From an uncultured bacterium (lineage in GTDB: Bacteria; Margulisbacteria; WOR-1; CAVSGV01), in NCBI GenBank assembly GCA_963699255.1, contig OY969425.1:1290001-1322000 (forward strand): a stretch of DNA of 32,000 nt, read 5' to 3'. Position 1 is the first letter of the stretch; the number at the start of each line of letters is the position of its first letter. The position numbers and the translations under genes are program-made. This document shows positions 17,106-24,923 of this stretch, in pieces. The notes under the pieces were generated by a model. It was given only the letters and a program-made list of their open reading frames with translations. It was not told the DNA's origin and searched no databases.

Positions 17106-17864
17106 GGTATTTGGTCCCGATCCATAGGAATATCCTTCCTTGTTGTGTCATTGTTAATTGTTAATTGTTCATTGTGCTACGCTACCCGCCCGCTTTATAC
17201 GGAGGACACGCTTATAGTCCCGGTAAGAAGCGTCATCATAGATTCAGGCAGCCTCCTGCAGTCACAAAGGGATAATTCCGGATTCCAGGAGGTCATCACA
17301 TCGGCAAGGTACGGAATAAGCAATAACGCAGAGATATCTCTCACCCTGCCTTTCATCAGCAGGCAGGCGGAAGGCGGGAACTTTGACGGCCTCAGCAACG
17401 GTATTTTCAACGTTAAATACGATTTCTTTTCGAGCGGCGACGGGAAAATGTCGGCCGCATACCTGTTCGGCATCCAGCTCAAATCCAGCGACAGGGGAAA
17501 CGGCCTGAACGCGGATGAGAACGACATAACTAATATGCTCATTTTTTCGCAGGATGTGGGCCTGTTCACGTACCTGCTCAATTTCGGATATACTTTTGAC
17601 GATGAACGCGCGGGCCAGCCGCAGAATGACTTCATACTTTATAACGCTGCAATAGTAAAACCTTTGAATGAAAATATGAACCTCACGGCCGAGATACAGT
17701 ACAGCAAGAACACTTACACCTTGGACATTTTCGGCGAAACCGCCGTTGGCGTCAATTATCGGCTATTTCCAAAACTCACACTTGATGCCGCGCTCGGTTG
17801 CGGACTTAACGAGAATTCGTCCAGCTCCAACTTTGTTTGCGGCTTAACTTATCAGCTAATATAA
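17100..17864 (+). CDS. Putative outer-membrane beta-barrel protein in nickel locus
   Basis: Signal peptide (SIGISFLVVSLLIVNCSLCYA), alternating beta strands (ISLTLPF, NGIFNVKYDFF, MSAAYLFGIQLK), C-terminal aromatic/hydrophobic YQLI. ORF could start at 17079, inside a dispersed repeat. Confidence 0.6.
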   Translation: MRGIWSRSIGISFLVVSLLIVNCSLCYATRPLYTEDTLIVPVRSVIIDSGSLLQSQRDNSGFQEVITSARYGISNNAEISLTLPFISRQAEGGNFDGLSNGIFNVKYDFFSSGDGKMSAAYLFGIQLKSSDRGNGLNADENDITNMLIFSQDVGLFTYLLNFGYTFDDERAGQPQNDFILYNAAIVKPLNENMNLTAEIQYSKNTYTLDIFGETAVGVNYRLFPKLTLDAALGCGLNENSSSSNFVCGLTYQLI

Positions 17865-17880
17865 AAAGGAGAAAAAGAAA

Positions 17881-18612
17881 ATGCATATACCGAACGGCCT
17901 CCTTGATCCAAAAGTTTCCGCCGGCACCGCTTTTGCCGCAGCCGGAGTGCTTGGCTATTGTTTTGCTAAAGTGAGGCAGGCGCTTTCGGCGATCGTCCCT
18001 GAATCCGTCCTTGCAGGAGCCGGCAATATCGGCTGCACCATAACCGAGGGTTCCAAGAAATTGATCTCAAGTTTTGCGGAAAACCACATCATGAAAATGG
18101 GTGCCATTGCCTCCCTGATATTTGCGGCGCAGATGTTCAACTTTCCTATCAACAGCGGAACGTCGGGGCACCTTCTTGGGGGGGTCATAGCGGCTATCGC
18201 TCTCGGGCCTTTTTCCGGAGTTATTGTAATATCCGCCGTGCTGGCGGTCCAGTCTATTTTCTATGCCGACGGCGGCCTTATGGCGCTTGGCGCGAACATT
18301 GTGAACATGGCTGTTATCGGCACGCTTGTTTCATATTATATCTACTTTCTTATCCATAAACTGGTAAAGTCCGATTCCGGTCTCTTCCCGGGCGCAGGAA
18401 TAGCCGCTTTCTTTTCGGTCGTTCTTGCATCTATAGCATGTTCCTTTGAAGTGGCATTATCAGGCACGATCGAGCTCGGGAAAATACTGCCTGCGATGGT
18501 ATCGGTACACGCGAGAATAGGGATCGCCGAGGCCTTGATCACGATCATTGCCATCAATATCCTGAAAAATATCAAATTCGGGCTTGATGGCAAAGTGAAA
18601 AATGAAGAATAG
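17881..18612 (+). CDS. nikM: ECF-type nickel/cobalt transporter substrate-binding membrane subunit (CbiM/NikM)
   Basis: N-terminal MHIPNG (Met1-His2), FAAQMFNFPINSGTSGHLLGGVIAAIALGP. Nickel specificity inferred from adjacent nikR. Confidence 0.88.
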   Translation: MHIPNGLLDPKVSAGTAFAAAGVLGYCFAKVRQALSAIVPESVLAGAGNIGCTITEGSKKLISSFAENHIMKMGAIASLIFAAQMFNFPINSGTSGHLLGGVIAAIALGPFSGVIVISAVLAVQSIFYADGGLMALGANIVNMAVIGTLVSYYIYFLIHKLVKSDSGLFPGAGIAAFFSVVLASIACSFEVALSGTIELGKILPAMVSVHARIGIAEALITIIAINILKNIKFGLDGKVKNEE

Positions 18613-18907
18613 GACCATACTTATCATTATCCTGATCTCGATCGCAGTCGCGGTACTTGCCGGGTTCTTTGCGTCATCGCGTCCAGACGGGCTCGAAAAG
18701 GTAGCCGGCAATCTCAAGTTCGAAGGGAAAGCTGTCTCAACGCCCGGCCTTTTTGTGGATTACACGATATCGATCATCCGCAATCCCTCATTTTCCAGGG
18801 CGTTGGCCGGGATAATAGGGATTGTGTTCATTATTTTTATTTTCAGATCGATCGCCAGGGTAAAACACTTAGGGGAAATATTAAAAAAGCTTCTGAATCT
18901 CCGTTGA
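18602..18907 (+). CDS. nikN: PDGLE-domain protein (NikN/CbiN-like)
   Basis: AGFFASSRPDGLEKVAGNLKF motif with two TM segments; overlaps nikM. Confidence 0.85.
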   Translation: MKNRTILIIILISIAVAVLAGFFASSRPDGLEKVAGNLKFEGKAVSTPGLFVDYTISIIRNPSFSRALAGIIGIVFIIFIFRSIARVKHLGEILKKLLNLR

Positions 18908-18921
18908 CGTTTTCCGCTTTC

Positions 18922-18953
18922 TTTCGCATCTCCCATCTCCCATCTCGCACCTC
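18922..18953 (-). repeat. Pyrimidine-rich quasi-repeat, same family
   Basis: TTTCGCATCTCCCATCTC (18922-18939) is identical to 23355-23372. Confidence 0.75.
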
Positions 18954-18966
18954 TTTCTTTTTCAAC

Positions 18967-18998
18967 CTATAGCTCCCCTAGCTCTTCTTTGCTATAAT
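18967..18998 (+). promoter_or_regulatory. Extended -10 promoter block upstream of leuD-like gene
   Basis: CTATAGCTCCCCTAGCTCTTCTTTGCTATAAT, identical in 29/32 positions to 24162-24193. TGCTATAAT extended -10 with 10 nt to ATG 19009. Confidence 0.55.
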
Positions 18999-19008
18999 AT
19001 CCTTCACA

Positions 19009-19512
19009 ATGATACTGAACGGAAAAGGGCATCGTCTCCCGCAGAACGACGACATAAACACGGACTATATCATATCCGGAAGATATAAATTCAAGATACA
19101 GGATCCTGTTGAGCTCGCAAAGCACCTGATGGAGGACCTGGACCCGAATTTCTATTCAAAGCTGAAAAAGGGCGACTTTATCGTGGCCGGCGACAACTTC
19201 GGCTGCGGTTCGAGCAGGGAACAGGCACCGATGGCGGTCAAATACGCGGGAATATCGGCGGTCCTGGCCAAATCCTTCGCGAGGATATTCTACAGGAACT
19301 GCTTCAATCTGGGGCTTCCGGCGATAGAGTGCGACACTGACGGCATATCAGAGGGCGACGAACTTGAGGTCGATCTTGATAAGGGAGTGATAAGGAACAA
19401 GACCAAGTCAACATCGATCAAGATAAGCCCGATACCGAAGACGATGCAGACGCTTTTGTCTGACGGCGGGCTTGTTGAACACTTCAAAAAACACGGCGGG
19501 TTCAAGTTTTAA
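19009..19512 (+). CDS. leuD: 3-isopropylmalate dehydratase / homoaconitase-type small subunit
   Basis: [61 protein letters not shown]. Confidence 0.88.
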   Translation: MILNGKGHRLPQNDDINTDYIISGRYKFKIQDPVELAKHLMEDLDPNFYSKLKKGDFIVAGDNFGCGSSREQAPMAVKYAGISAVLAKSFARIFYRNCFNLGLPAIECDTDGISEGDELEVDLDKGVIRNKTKSTSIKISPIPKTMQTLLSDGGLVEHFKKHGGFKF

Positions 19513-20538
19513 GTGAAGATAGTCATATTAGGCCTTCCACAAGCCGGACAGCAGGAGCTGTTCAGCCTTCTCACGAGGATCCCCCTCGATACGGTAAAGC
19601 AGAAGCCGATGGATATCCAGCTGGGGATTTGCGAGGTAAAGGACCCGAGGGTGACAAAACTGATCGAGATGTACAAGCCCGCGAAGAAAACCTACGCGCG
19701 GATAGAGTATTCCCTGCTTCCTGATTTTAACCTTGTGGGACCTTCAAAGATGCTGATCTTCAACCAGTTGAAAAACTCAGATGAGATATGCTGGGTTGCC
19801 AGATATGAGACCGCCCAGGATGATATCGCGTCTTTCATTTCGGAACTGGTCATATCCGACCTGATGACCGCTGAAAAGCGGCTTGAGAATATCGCGAAAG
19901 ACCAAAAGAGGAAATTTCTTGAGGAAAGAGCAAAAGAAGAAGCTCTCATAAAAATGTGCAAAGAGCAGCTTGATCGCGAAAAGCTGCTTAAAGACCTGAA
20001 ATTCTCCGCCGACCAGCTTGTCGCCCTAAAGACATACCAGTTCCTGACGATGAAGCCCGTATTTTTTGTCGTCAATGTCCCTGAAGACAAGATAAACGAA
20101 GAGGCAATATCAAAGTCCATCACGGAGAAATTTAGTTATCTGTGCATCCAGGTAAGCGCAAGCCTCGAAGAAGAGATAAGCAGGATGGATAAGGACGATT
20201 ACGCGGTCTTCATGAAGGAAATGGGGATAAAAGAGTCCGCGCTGGACAAGATGAACCAGATGGCGTTCTCGGAACTTGGGCTGATATCCTTCTTTACCGT
20301 CGGGACAGATGAAGTTAAGGCTTGGCCGGTAAGGAAAGGCGCATTTGCTCCGGAAGCGGGCTCCGTCATTCACTCGGACATCGAGAGAGGTTTTGTCCGG
20401 GCCGAGATGTTCAAGTACGACGACCTTCTCGCCGCAGGCTCGGAGGCAAAGCTGAAGGAGCTTGGGAAATATTATCTTAAAGGAAAGGATTATGTGGTCC
20501 AGGACGGGGATATTCTGAGCTTCAGGGTCGGAACCTGA
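19513..20538 (+). CDS. Degenerate YchF/Obg-like protein (DUF933/TGS C-terminus), predicted nucleotide-binding defective
   Basis: Colinear with YchF: ILGLPQAGQQELFSLLT, DPRVTKLIEMYKPAKKTYARIEY, AQDDIASFISELVISDL, FLTMKPVFFVVNVPED, SELGLISFFTVGTDEVKAWPVRKGAFAPEAGSVIHSDIERGFVRAE, GKDYVVQDGDILSFRV. P-loop GxxxxGKS/T is replaced. GTG start abuts leuD stop. Confidence 0.85.
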   Translation: MKIVILGLPQAGQQELFSLLTRIPLDTVKQKPMDIQLGICEVKDPRVTKLIEMYKPAKKTYARIEYSLLPDFNLVGPSKMLIFNQLKNSDEICWVARYETAQDDIASFISELVISDLMTAEKRLENIAKDQKRKFLEERAKEEALIKMCKEQLDREKLLKDLKFSADQLVALKTYQFLTMKPVFFVVNVPEDKINEEAISKSITEKFSYLCIQVSASLEEEISRMDKDDYAVFMKEMGIKESALDKMNQMAFSELGLISFFTVGTDEVKAWPVRKGAFAPEAGSVIHSDIERGFVRAEMFKYDDLLAAGSEAKLKELGKYYLKGKDYVVQDGDILSFRVGT

Positions 20539-20547
20539 CCCCGCCAA

Positions 20548-20576
20548 TTGCAAACGGCCCCTTTTTCATTTAAAAT
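20548..20576 (+). promoter_or_regulatory. Sigma70-like promoter for isocitrate/isopropylmalate dehydrogenase-like gene, near-leaderless
   Basis: TTGCAA (20548-20553), 17-bp spacer, TAAAAT (20571-20576), 9 nt to ATG 20586. Confidence 0.45.
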
Positions 20577-20585
20577 AACATCGAT

Positions 20586-21671
20586 ATGACATATGACATA
20601 ACACTGATACCAGGCGACGGCACCGGCCCCGAAATAGTTGAAGCATCAAGGCGCGCCATCGAAGCGACCGGCGTAAAGATCAAATGGGAAACAGTTGAAG
20701 CCGGGATAGACATAATGGAAAAATACGGCACTCCCCTTCCGCCCAGCGTCCTTGATTCCGTCAGGAAAAACAAGGTAGCGCTCAAGGGCCCCATAACCAC
20801 GCCTATAGGCACCGGATTTCGAAGCGTTAATGTGGCCATCCGCAAAGAGCTTGATCTCTATGTGTGCCTGAGGCCCTGCAAATCATACAAGGGCGTGCGT
20901 TCACGCTATGAGAACATAGATCTTGTCGTCGTCAGGGAGAACACGGAGGACCTTTATGCCGGCATAGAATTCGAGGAAGGAAAACCCGAGACGAAGAACA
21001 TCATCGCGGCCATTGAAAAAGAATCCAAGAGGAAGATACGACCCGATTCCGGAATAAGCATTAAACCAATATCCAGGTTCGGCACGGAGAGGCTGGTCAA
21101 GTTCGCCTTCGACTACGCCGTTAAACACAACAGGAAAAAGGTCACGGCCGTCACCAAGGCCAACATCATGAAGTACACGGACGGGCTTTTCTACCAGGTA
21201 GCGCGGAAAGTTGCAAAGAAATTCGAAGGGAAGATCGAGTACGAGGAGAGGCTGGTCGACAACATGTGCATGCAGCTTGTGCAGAAGCCGGAGCTTTACG
21301 ATGTCCTTACGCTTCCAAACCTTTATGGGGACATATTATCCGACCTTTGCGCGGGCCTTATCGGCGGGCTCGGCGTCGCGCCGGGAGCGAACATAGGAAA
21401 AGATACCGCCGTTTTTGAGGCCGTTCACGGAAGCGCTCCGAAATACAAGGGTCAGAACAAGGTCAATCCTACCGCCGTAATCCTTTCAGGGGTCCTTATG
21501 CTGGATTATCTCGGCGAGAAGGAAGCCGCGAAAAGACTTGAAAAAGCAACGGCGGACGTGATAGCCGAGGGCAAATATGTAACCTACGATCTTAAGCCGA
21601 ACCGTGACGATCCGACGGCGGTCGGGACGTCGCAAATGGCAGATGCGATCATCGCCCGACTGAAAGCTTGA
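20586..21671 (+). CDS. NAD-dependent isocitrate/isopropylmalate dehydrogenase family
   Basis: [76 protein letters not shown]. Features lean toward NAD-isocitrate dehydrogenase, but substrate is unresolved. Confidence 0.88.
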   Translation: MTYDITLIPGDGTGPEIVEASRRAIEATGVKIKWETVEAGIDIMEKYGTPLPPSVLDSVRKNKVALKGPITTPIGTGFRSVNVAIRKELDLYVCLRPCKSYKGVRSRYENIDLVVVRENTEDLYAGIEFEEGKPETKNIIAAIEKESKRKIRPDSGISIKPISRFGTERLVKFAFDYAVKHNRKKVTAVTKANIMKYTDGLFYQVARKVAKKFEGKIEYEERLVDNMCMQLVQKPELYDVLTLPNLYGDILSDLCAGLIGGLGVAPGANIGKDTAVFEAVHGSAPKYKGQNKVNPTAVILSGVLMLDYLGEKEAAKRLEKATADVIAEGKYVTYDLKPNRDDPTAVGTSQMADAIIARLKA

Positions 21672-22081
21672 TAACGGACAAATACAAGATCATCGACCAT
21701 CCCTCCGACATCGGGATCGAAGCCTTCGGAAAAAATAAGACAGAACTCTTTGAGAACGCGGCATACGGTATGATGGATATGATGTTCGGCAGCCCTGACA
21801 ATAAGATCCTCAGTGAGCCTTTTCCTCTTAAGGTGTCCGCCGAAGATATTGAATCATTGATGGTCGCATGGCTTTCCGAGCTGCTTTATATCGTCGATTC
21901 AAAGAAGGTTTCCCTTTTGGCCTTTAAAATTACGAAGCTTTTCGATAAAGAACTTGAAGCTGAGGTCTTCGGTGGTAAAATTGGCCGTGTAAAGACCGGC
22001 ATCAAAGCCGTGACTTACAGCCAGATGAAGATCGGGGAAAAGAACGGCGTGTGGAGCACAAGGATCATATTCGATGTTTGA
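21668..22081 (+). CDS. Archease
   Basis: [30 protein letters not shown] ... [18 protein letters not shown] ... [11 protein letters not shown] ... C-terminal IIFDV. TTG start overlaps the upstream stop. Confidence 0.9.
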   Translation: MITDKYKIIDHPSDIGIEAFGKNKTELFENAAYGMMDMMFGSPDNKILSEPFPLKVSAEDIESLMVAWLSELLYIVDSKKVSLLAFKITKLFDKELEAEVFGGKIGRVKTGIKAVTYSQMKIGEKNGVWSTRIIFDV

Positions 22082-22096
22082 GCTAAGGAGGCAAAA

Positions 22097-22528
22097 ATGC
22101 AGTTCGAGATGATGTTAAGATTGCTGTTGTCAGTGATATTCGGAGGCGCGATCGGCTACGTAAGGGAGATCAAAAGAAAAGCCGCCGGACTGCGCACGCA
22201 TATACTTGTCTGCCTGGGTTCCACGATATTTACGATAGTTTCCATCATGGTCGCTCAGGGGTCACCGACGGTCGATCCTTCCAGAATCGCGGCAGGGGTC
22301 GTGACCGGCATCGGCTTCATCGGCGCGGGCGCGATCTTCCAGAGCGGCGGAAGCGTCAAGGGACTTACAACGGCCGCGTCCATCTGGGTAGCTGCGGCAA
22401 TAGGCGTGGCAGCGGGAGCCGGGCTGTACGAGGTTGCGACGTTCTCCACCCTTCTCGCCCTGATAGTCATTCAGCTGCTCCAGGTGGTCGAGAAGAAATT
22501 CGTAAGGCCCGGCGAAAGAGAAGGGTAA
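22097..22528 (+). CDS. MgtC/SapB family membrane protein
   Basis: LRLLLSVIFGGAIGYVREIKRKAAGLRTHILVCLGSTIFTIVS, RIAAGVVTGIGFIGAGAIF, GLTTAASIWVAAAIGVAAGAGLY. Confidence 0.93.
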   Translation: MQFEMMLRLLLSVIFGGAIGYVREIKRKAAGLRTHILVCLGSTIFTIVSIMVAQGSPTVDPSRIAAGVVTGIGFIGAGAIFQSGGSVKGLTTAASIWVAAAIGVAAGAGLYEVATFSTLLALIVIQLLQVVEKKFVRPGEREG

Positions 22529-22619
22529 TAAACTTACAAGACTTTGCGCGTATCAATAGAGATGGGGGAAAACCACTACAGTATAAGCCGTCGTTTAATT
22601 TGCTAAATTTAACCTGTTT

Positions 22620-23179
22620 TTAAGTAGTATACTCGTCGGCTACGGTCATCCCTAATGGGATTATAACTACTGCATGATCCCTAACGGAGCTGAAAAAACG
22701 GTTCAGTGACATAAATATCCCAATATTATTGATATGGGTTCCAATTGAAATCCTATCTAACCAAATTGTTACCCCTCTTTTACTTTCTATATCTGCACTC
22801 ATTTCAGCATATCGTGTTCCCATGCCTTTAAATGAGTAAGGGGCTTTATTGAAAAATATCTGATGCATAATTTCAACAACATCTCCCACAGTTTTTGGAA
22901 CTGGACTGATCGCATTAAACTCCCCACCTGTGTTATTGAATATAACAGGGCTGTTGAGGGAAATGTTCCATAGATCGGTCCCTAACATAGTTGTTGGAAC
23001 TTTTACGACTTCTTCTGAGATTTTTATTCTATCTACGATATTTCTTTCTGCAAATGGTCGAACTCGCGCCAATAACTTAGGGGTCAGCCCCGAAAATTCT
23101 TCCTTAAAAATGCCAGATCTTCTCCTTTCGTCAAAAATATAGTTTCTCTCTTTCCTCTAACACCAAGATACACTTCCAT
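22620..23179 (-). pseudogene. Hypothetical gene split by a -1 frameshift
   Basis: AAGGAGG plus ATG at 23179 opens MEVYLGVRGKRETIFLTKGEDLAFLRKNFRG* (stop 23084). The -1 frame continues GLTPKLLARVRPFAERNIVDRIK... to 22620 with no credible ATG of its own. Confidence 0.6.
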
Positions 23180-23322
23180 ATTGCTTGCCTCCTTAAAATA
23201 GGCTCCCTCGGCTCTACCCGAGAGTTTCGCTTTGCTTTTTGTCTTTCCGCATATTTATCGAGGAAAAACCAGAAGAATTTCAGTTTGTTATTAATTATTT
23301 AAACCGTGCTGGAACGGGGTTA

Positions 23323-23388
23323 GAGATGCGAAGTGTGAGATGCGAGACGCGATTTTTCGCATCTCCCATCTCTCGTCTCACATCTCAT
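23323..23388. repeat. Compound inverted quasi-repeat between rfbC and the split gene
   Basis: GAGATGCGAA (23323-32)/TTCGCATCTC (23356-65) perfect, and TGAGATGCGAGACG (23336-49)/CGTCTCACATCTCA (23374-87) 13/14. Confidence 0.75.
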
Positions 23389-24011
23389 TTTCCGTAAATG
23401 AATTGGTCCGAATTCTTTTCTTTCGACCACGCGGTCAAGGTGAAGCCGTTCTTGTCTTTGTCGGTCATCAGTTTCGTCTTCGGCACGATCGAGTCAAATG
23501 TCTTTTTCAGTTTCGGGTCGCAGGCGGACCAATCGATATCCTTCGCCAGAGGGGATATTGAGGCTTCACACCCCGGGCTGTATTCGCCCGAGCAGAAATA
23601 TTCCACCTGGCTATCTTCAACCGCAAGTATGCCGTGGGCAAATCCCGGCGGCAGCCATATCCATTCGTTGAAATCGTACTCCGGATCCGCTTCCAACTCA
23701 TAAGCAACTGCTTTACCGAAGCTCGGCGATCCTTTGCGGATATCGATCCCCAGGTCCAGTATCCTTCCCCTCATGACCCTGACGAGCTTGCCCATGTAAG
23801 GGTTCCATTGAAAATGGAAGCCCCTGAAAGTCCCGGCCTTTGAAAAAGCATCGTTGCACTGGAGGAATTCGATATTCTTCATGAAATCGATTTTCTTGAA
23901 ATCGCTTTTCCTGAAAGTCTCGGTGAAATAGCCGCGGTGGTCGTTAAACCGTCCGAAACGTATGACCTTTATCTCCGGTATGGCAAGGGTTATTACTTCA
24001 TTGATTTTCAT
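23385..24011 (-). CDS. rfbC: dTDP-4-dehydrorhamnose 3,5-epimerase-like
   Basis: FNDHRGYFTETFRKSDF, FLQCNDAFSKAGTFRGFHFQWNPYMGKLVRVMRGRILDLGIDIRKGSPSFGK, WIWLPPGFAHGILAVEDSQVEYFCSGEYSP. ORF-track start at 24077 lies in promoter-like repeat; 24011 preferred. Confidence 0.9.
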   Translation of the reverse strand: MKINEVITLAIPEIKVIRFGRFNDHRGYFTETFRKSDFKKIDFMKNIEFLQCNDAFSKAGTFRGFHFQWNPYMGKLVRVMRGRILDLGIDIRKGSPSFGKAVAYELEADPEYDFNEWIWLPPGFAHGILAVEDSQVEYFCSGEYSPGCEASISPLAKDIDWSACDPKLKKTFDSIVPKTKLMTDKDKNGFTLTAWSKEKNSDQFIYGK

Positions 24012-24018
24012 GATACGA

Positions 24019-24024
24019 ATTATA
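24019..24024 (-). promoter_or_regulatory. TATAAT -10 (TGATATAAT extended) immediately before rfbC
   Basis: Minus strand TGATATAAT then 7 nt to ATG at 24011, preceded by ATATAGCTCTTCTTCTTA resembling the 18967/24162 blocks. Confidence 0.45.
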
Positions 24025-24161
24025 TCATAAGAAGAAGAGCTATATGAACTAGAAGTGAAAGAAGTAAAGGAGTTCATAGGTCAAGATGTTCAAGACGCAA
24101 AAACGTCTTATACCTCTTAACCTCTTAACATCTTAACCTCTACCCTTCTCAACCTCTTCCC

Positions 24162-24193
24162 CTATAGCTCCTCTAGCTCTTTTTTGTTATAAT
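24162..24193 (+). promoter_or_regulatory. Extended -10 promoter block upstream of zinc metallopeptidase
   Basis: CTATAGCTCCTCTAGCTCTTTTTTGTTATAAT; TGTTATAAT extended -10; GGGGAGG SD between it and ATG 24226. Confidence 0.55.
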
Positions 24194-24225
24194 GCTCTTC
24201 TTTCAACGGGGAGGTTTAAATAACT

Positions 24226-24915
24226 ATGATGTTTTACCCGTTCGACCCGACTTTTGTTCTTCTTATTCCGGCGATCCTGCTGGCGCTTTACGCCCAGTTC
24301 AAGGTCCAGGCCACGTATTCGCAGATGTCCCAGGTGCGTTCGAAAAAGGGGCTGACCGGCGCTGCGGCGGGAAGAAAACTGCTTGATGCTTCGGGATTAA
24401 GCAATATCGGCATTGAACAGATCGGCGGGAACCTGACGGATAACTACGATCCCAGGGACAAAATCCTTCACCTCTCGGAAGGCGTATATAATAACGATTC
24501 CATAGCCGCCATGGGGATCGTGGCTCACGAGGTGGGACACGCCGTTCAGGACCTGAAAGCATACGCGCCTCTTAAGATAAGAAGCGGCCTTGTCCCGGCC
24601 GCCAACATCGGCTCGCAACTGGCGATACCTCTTTTCTTTCTCGGAATGATCTTCAGCTATCCCAGGCTTATGGACATCGGCATAATCGCATTTTCACTGG
24701 CGGTAGTTTTCACGATAGTAACGCTTCCAGTTGAGTTCAACGCGAGCAAAAGGGGAATTGCGATGCTTTCCGACGGCGGTTTTCTCGCCAAAGACGAGGT
24801 CCCTCTCGCAAAAAAAGTTCTTGATGCCGCGGCTCTGACCTATGTTGCCGCGACCGCGATGGCGGTGCTGAACCTGATCAGGCTTCTGGCTATTCGCGGA
24901 GAAAGAAGAGATTAA
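24226..24915 (+). CDS. YugP-like neutral zinc metallopeptidase, membrane
   Basis: HEVGHAVQDLKAYAPLKIRSGLVPAANIGSQ with multiple TMs; N-terminal FDPTFVLLIPAILLALYAQFKVQATYSQMSQVRSKKGLTGAAAGRKLL. Confidence 0.9.
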   Translation: MMFYPFDPTFVLLIPAILLALYAQFKVQATYSQMSQVRSKKGLTGAAAGRKLLDASGLSNIGIEQIGGNLTDNYDPRDKILHLSEGVYNNDSIAAMGIVAHEVGHAVQDLKAYAPLKIRSGLVPAANIGSQLAIPLFFLGMIFSYPRLMDIGIIAFSLAVVFTIVTLPVEFNASKRGIAMLSDGGFLAKDEVPLAKKVLDAAALTYVAATAMAVLNLIRLLAIRGERRD

Positions 24916-24923
24916 ATATTTAT

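Noticed and set aside
23207-23222. CTCGG-ctctac-CCGAG small hairpin upstream of the split gene
   Set aside because: Only 5 bp, lacks the CCG...CAGG REP signature; too weak to call.
24012-24077. N-terminal extension of rfbC (MNSFTSFTSSSYSSSSYDIIRI)
   Set aside because: Serine-rich leader is translation of a pyrimidine-rich promoter block containing TATAAT; the homologous protein starts at 24011.
24092-24109. AAGACG-caaaaa-CGTCTT hairpin in the rfbC/metallopeptidase divergent gap
   Set aside because: Perfect but 6 bp only, without U-tract; not distinguishable from chance.
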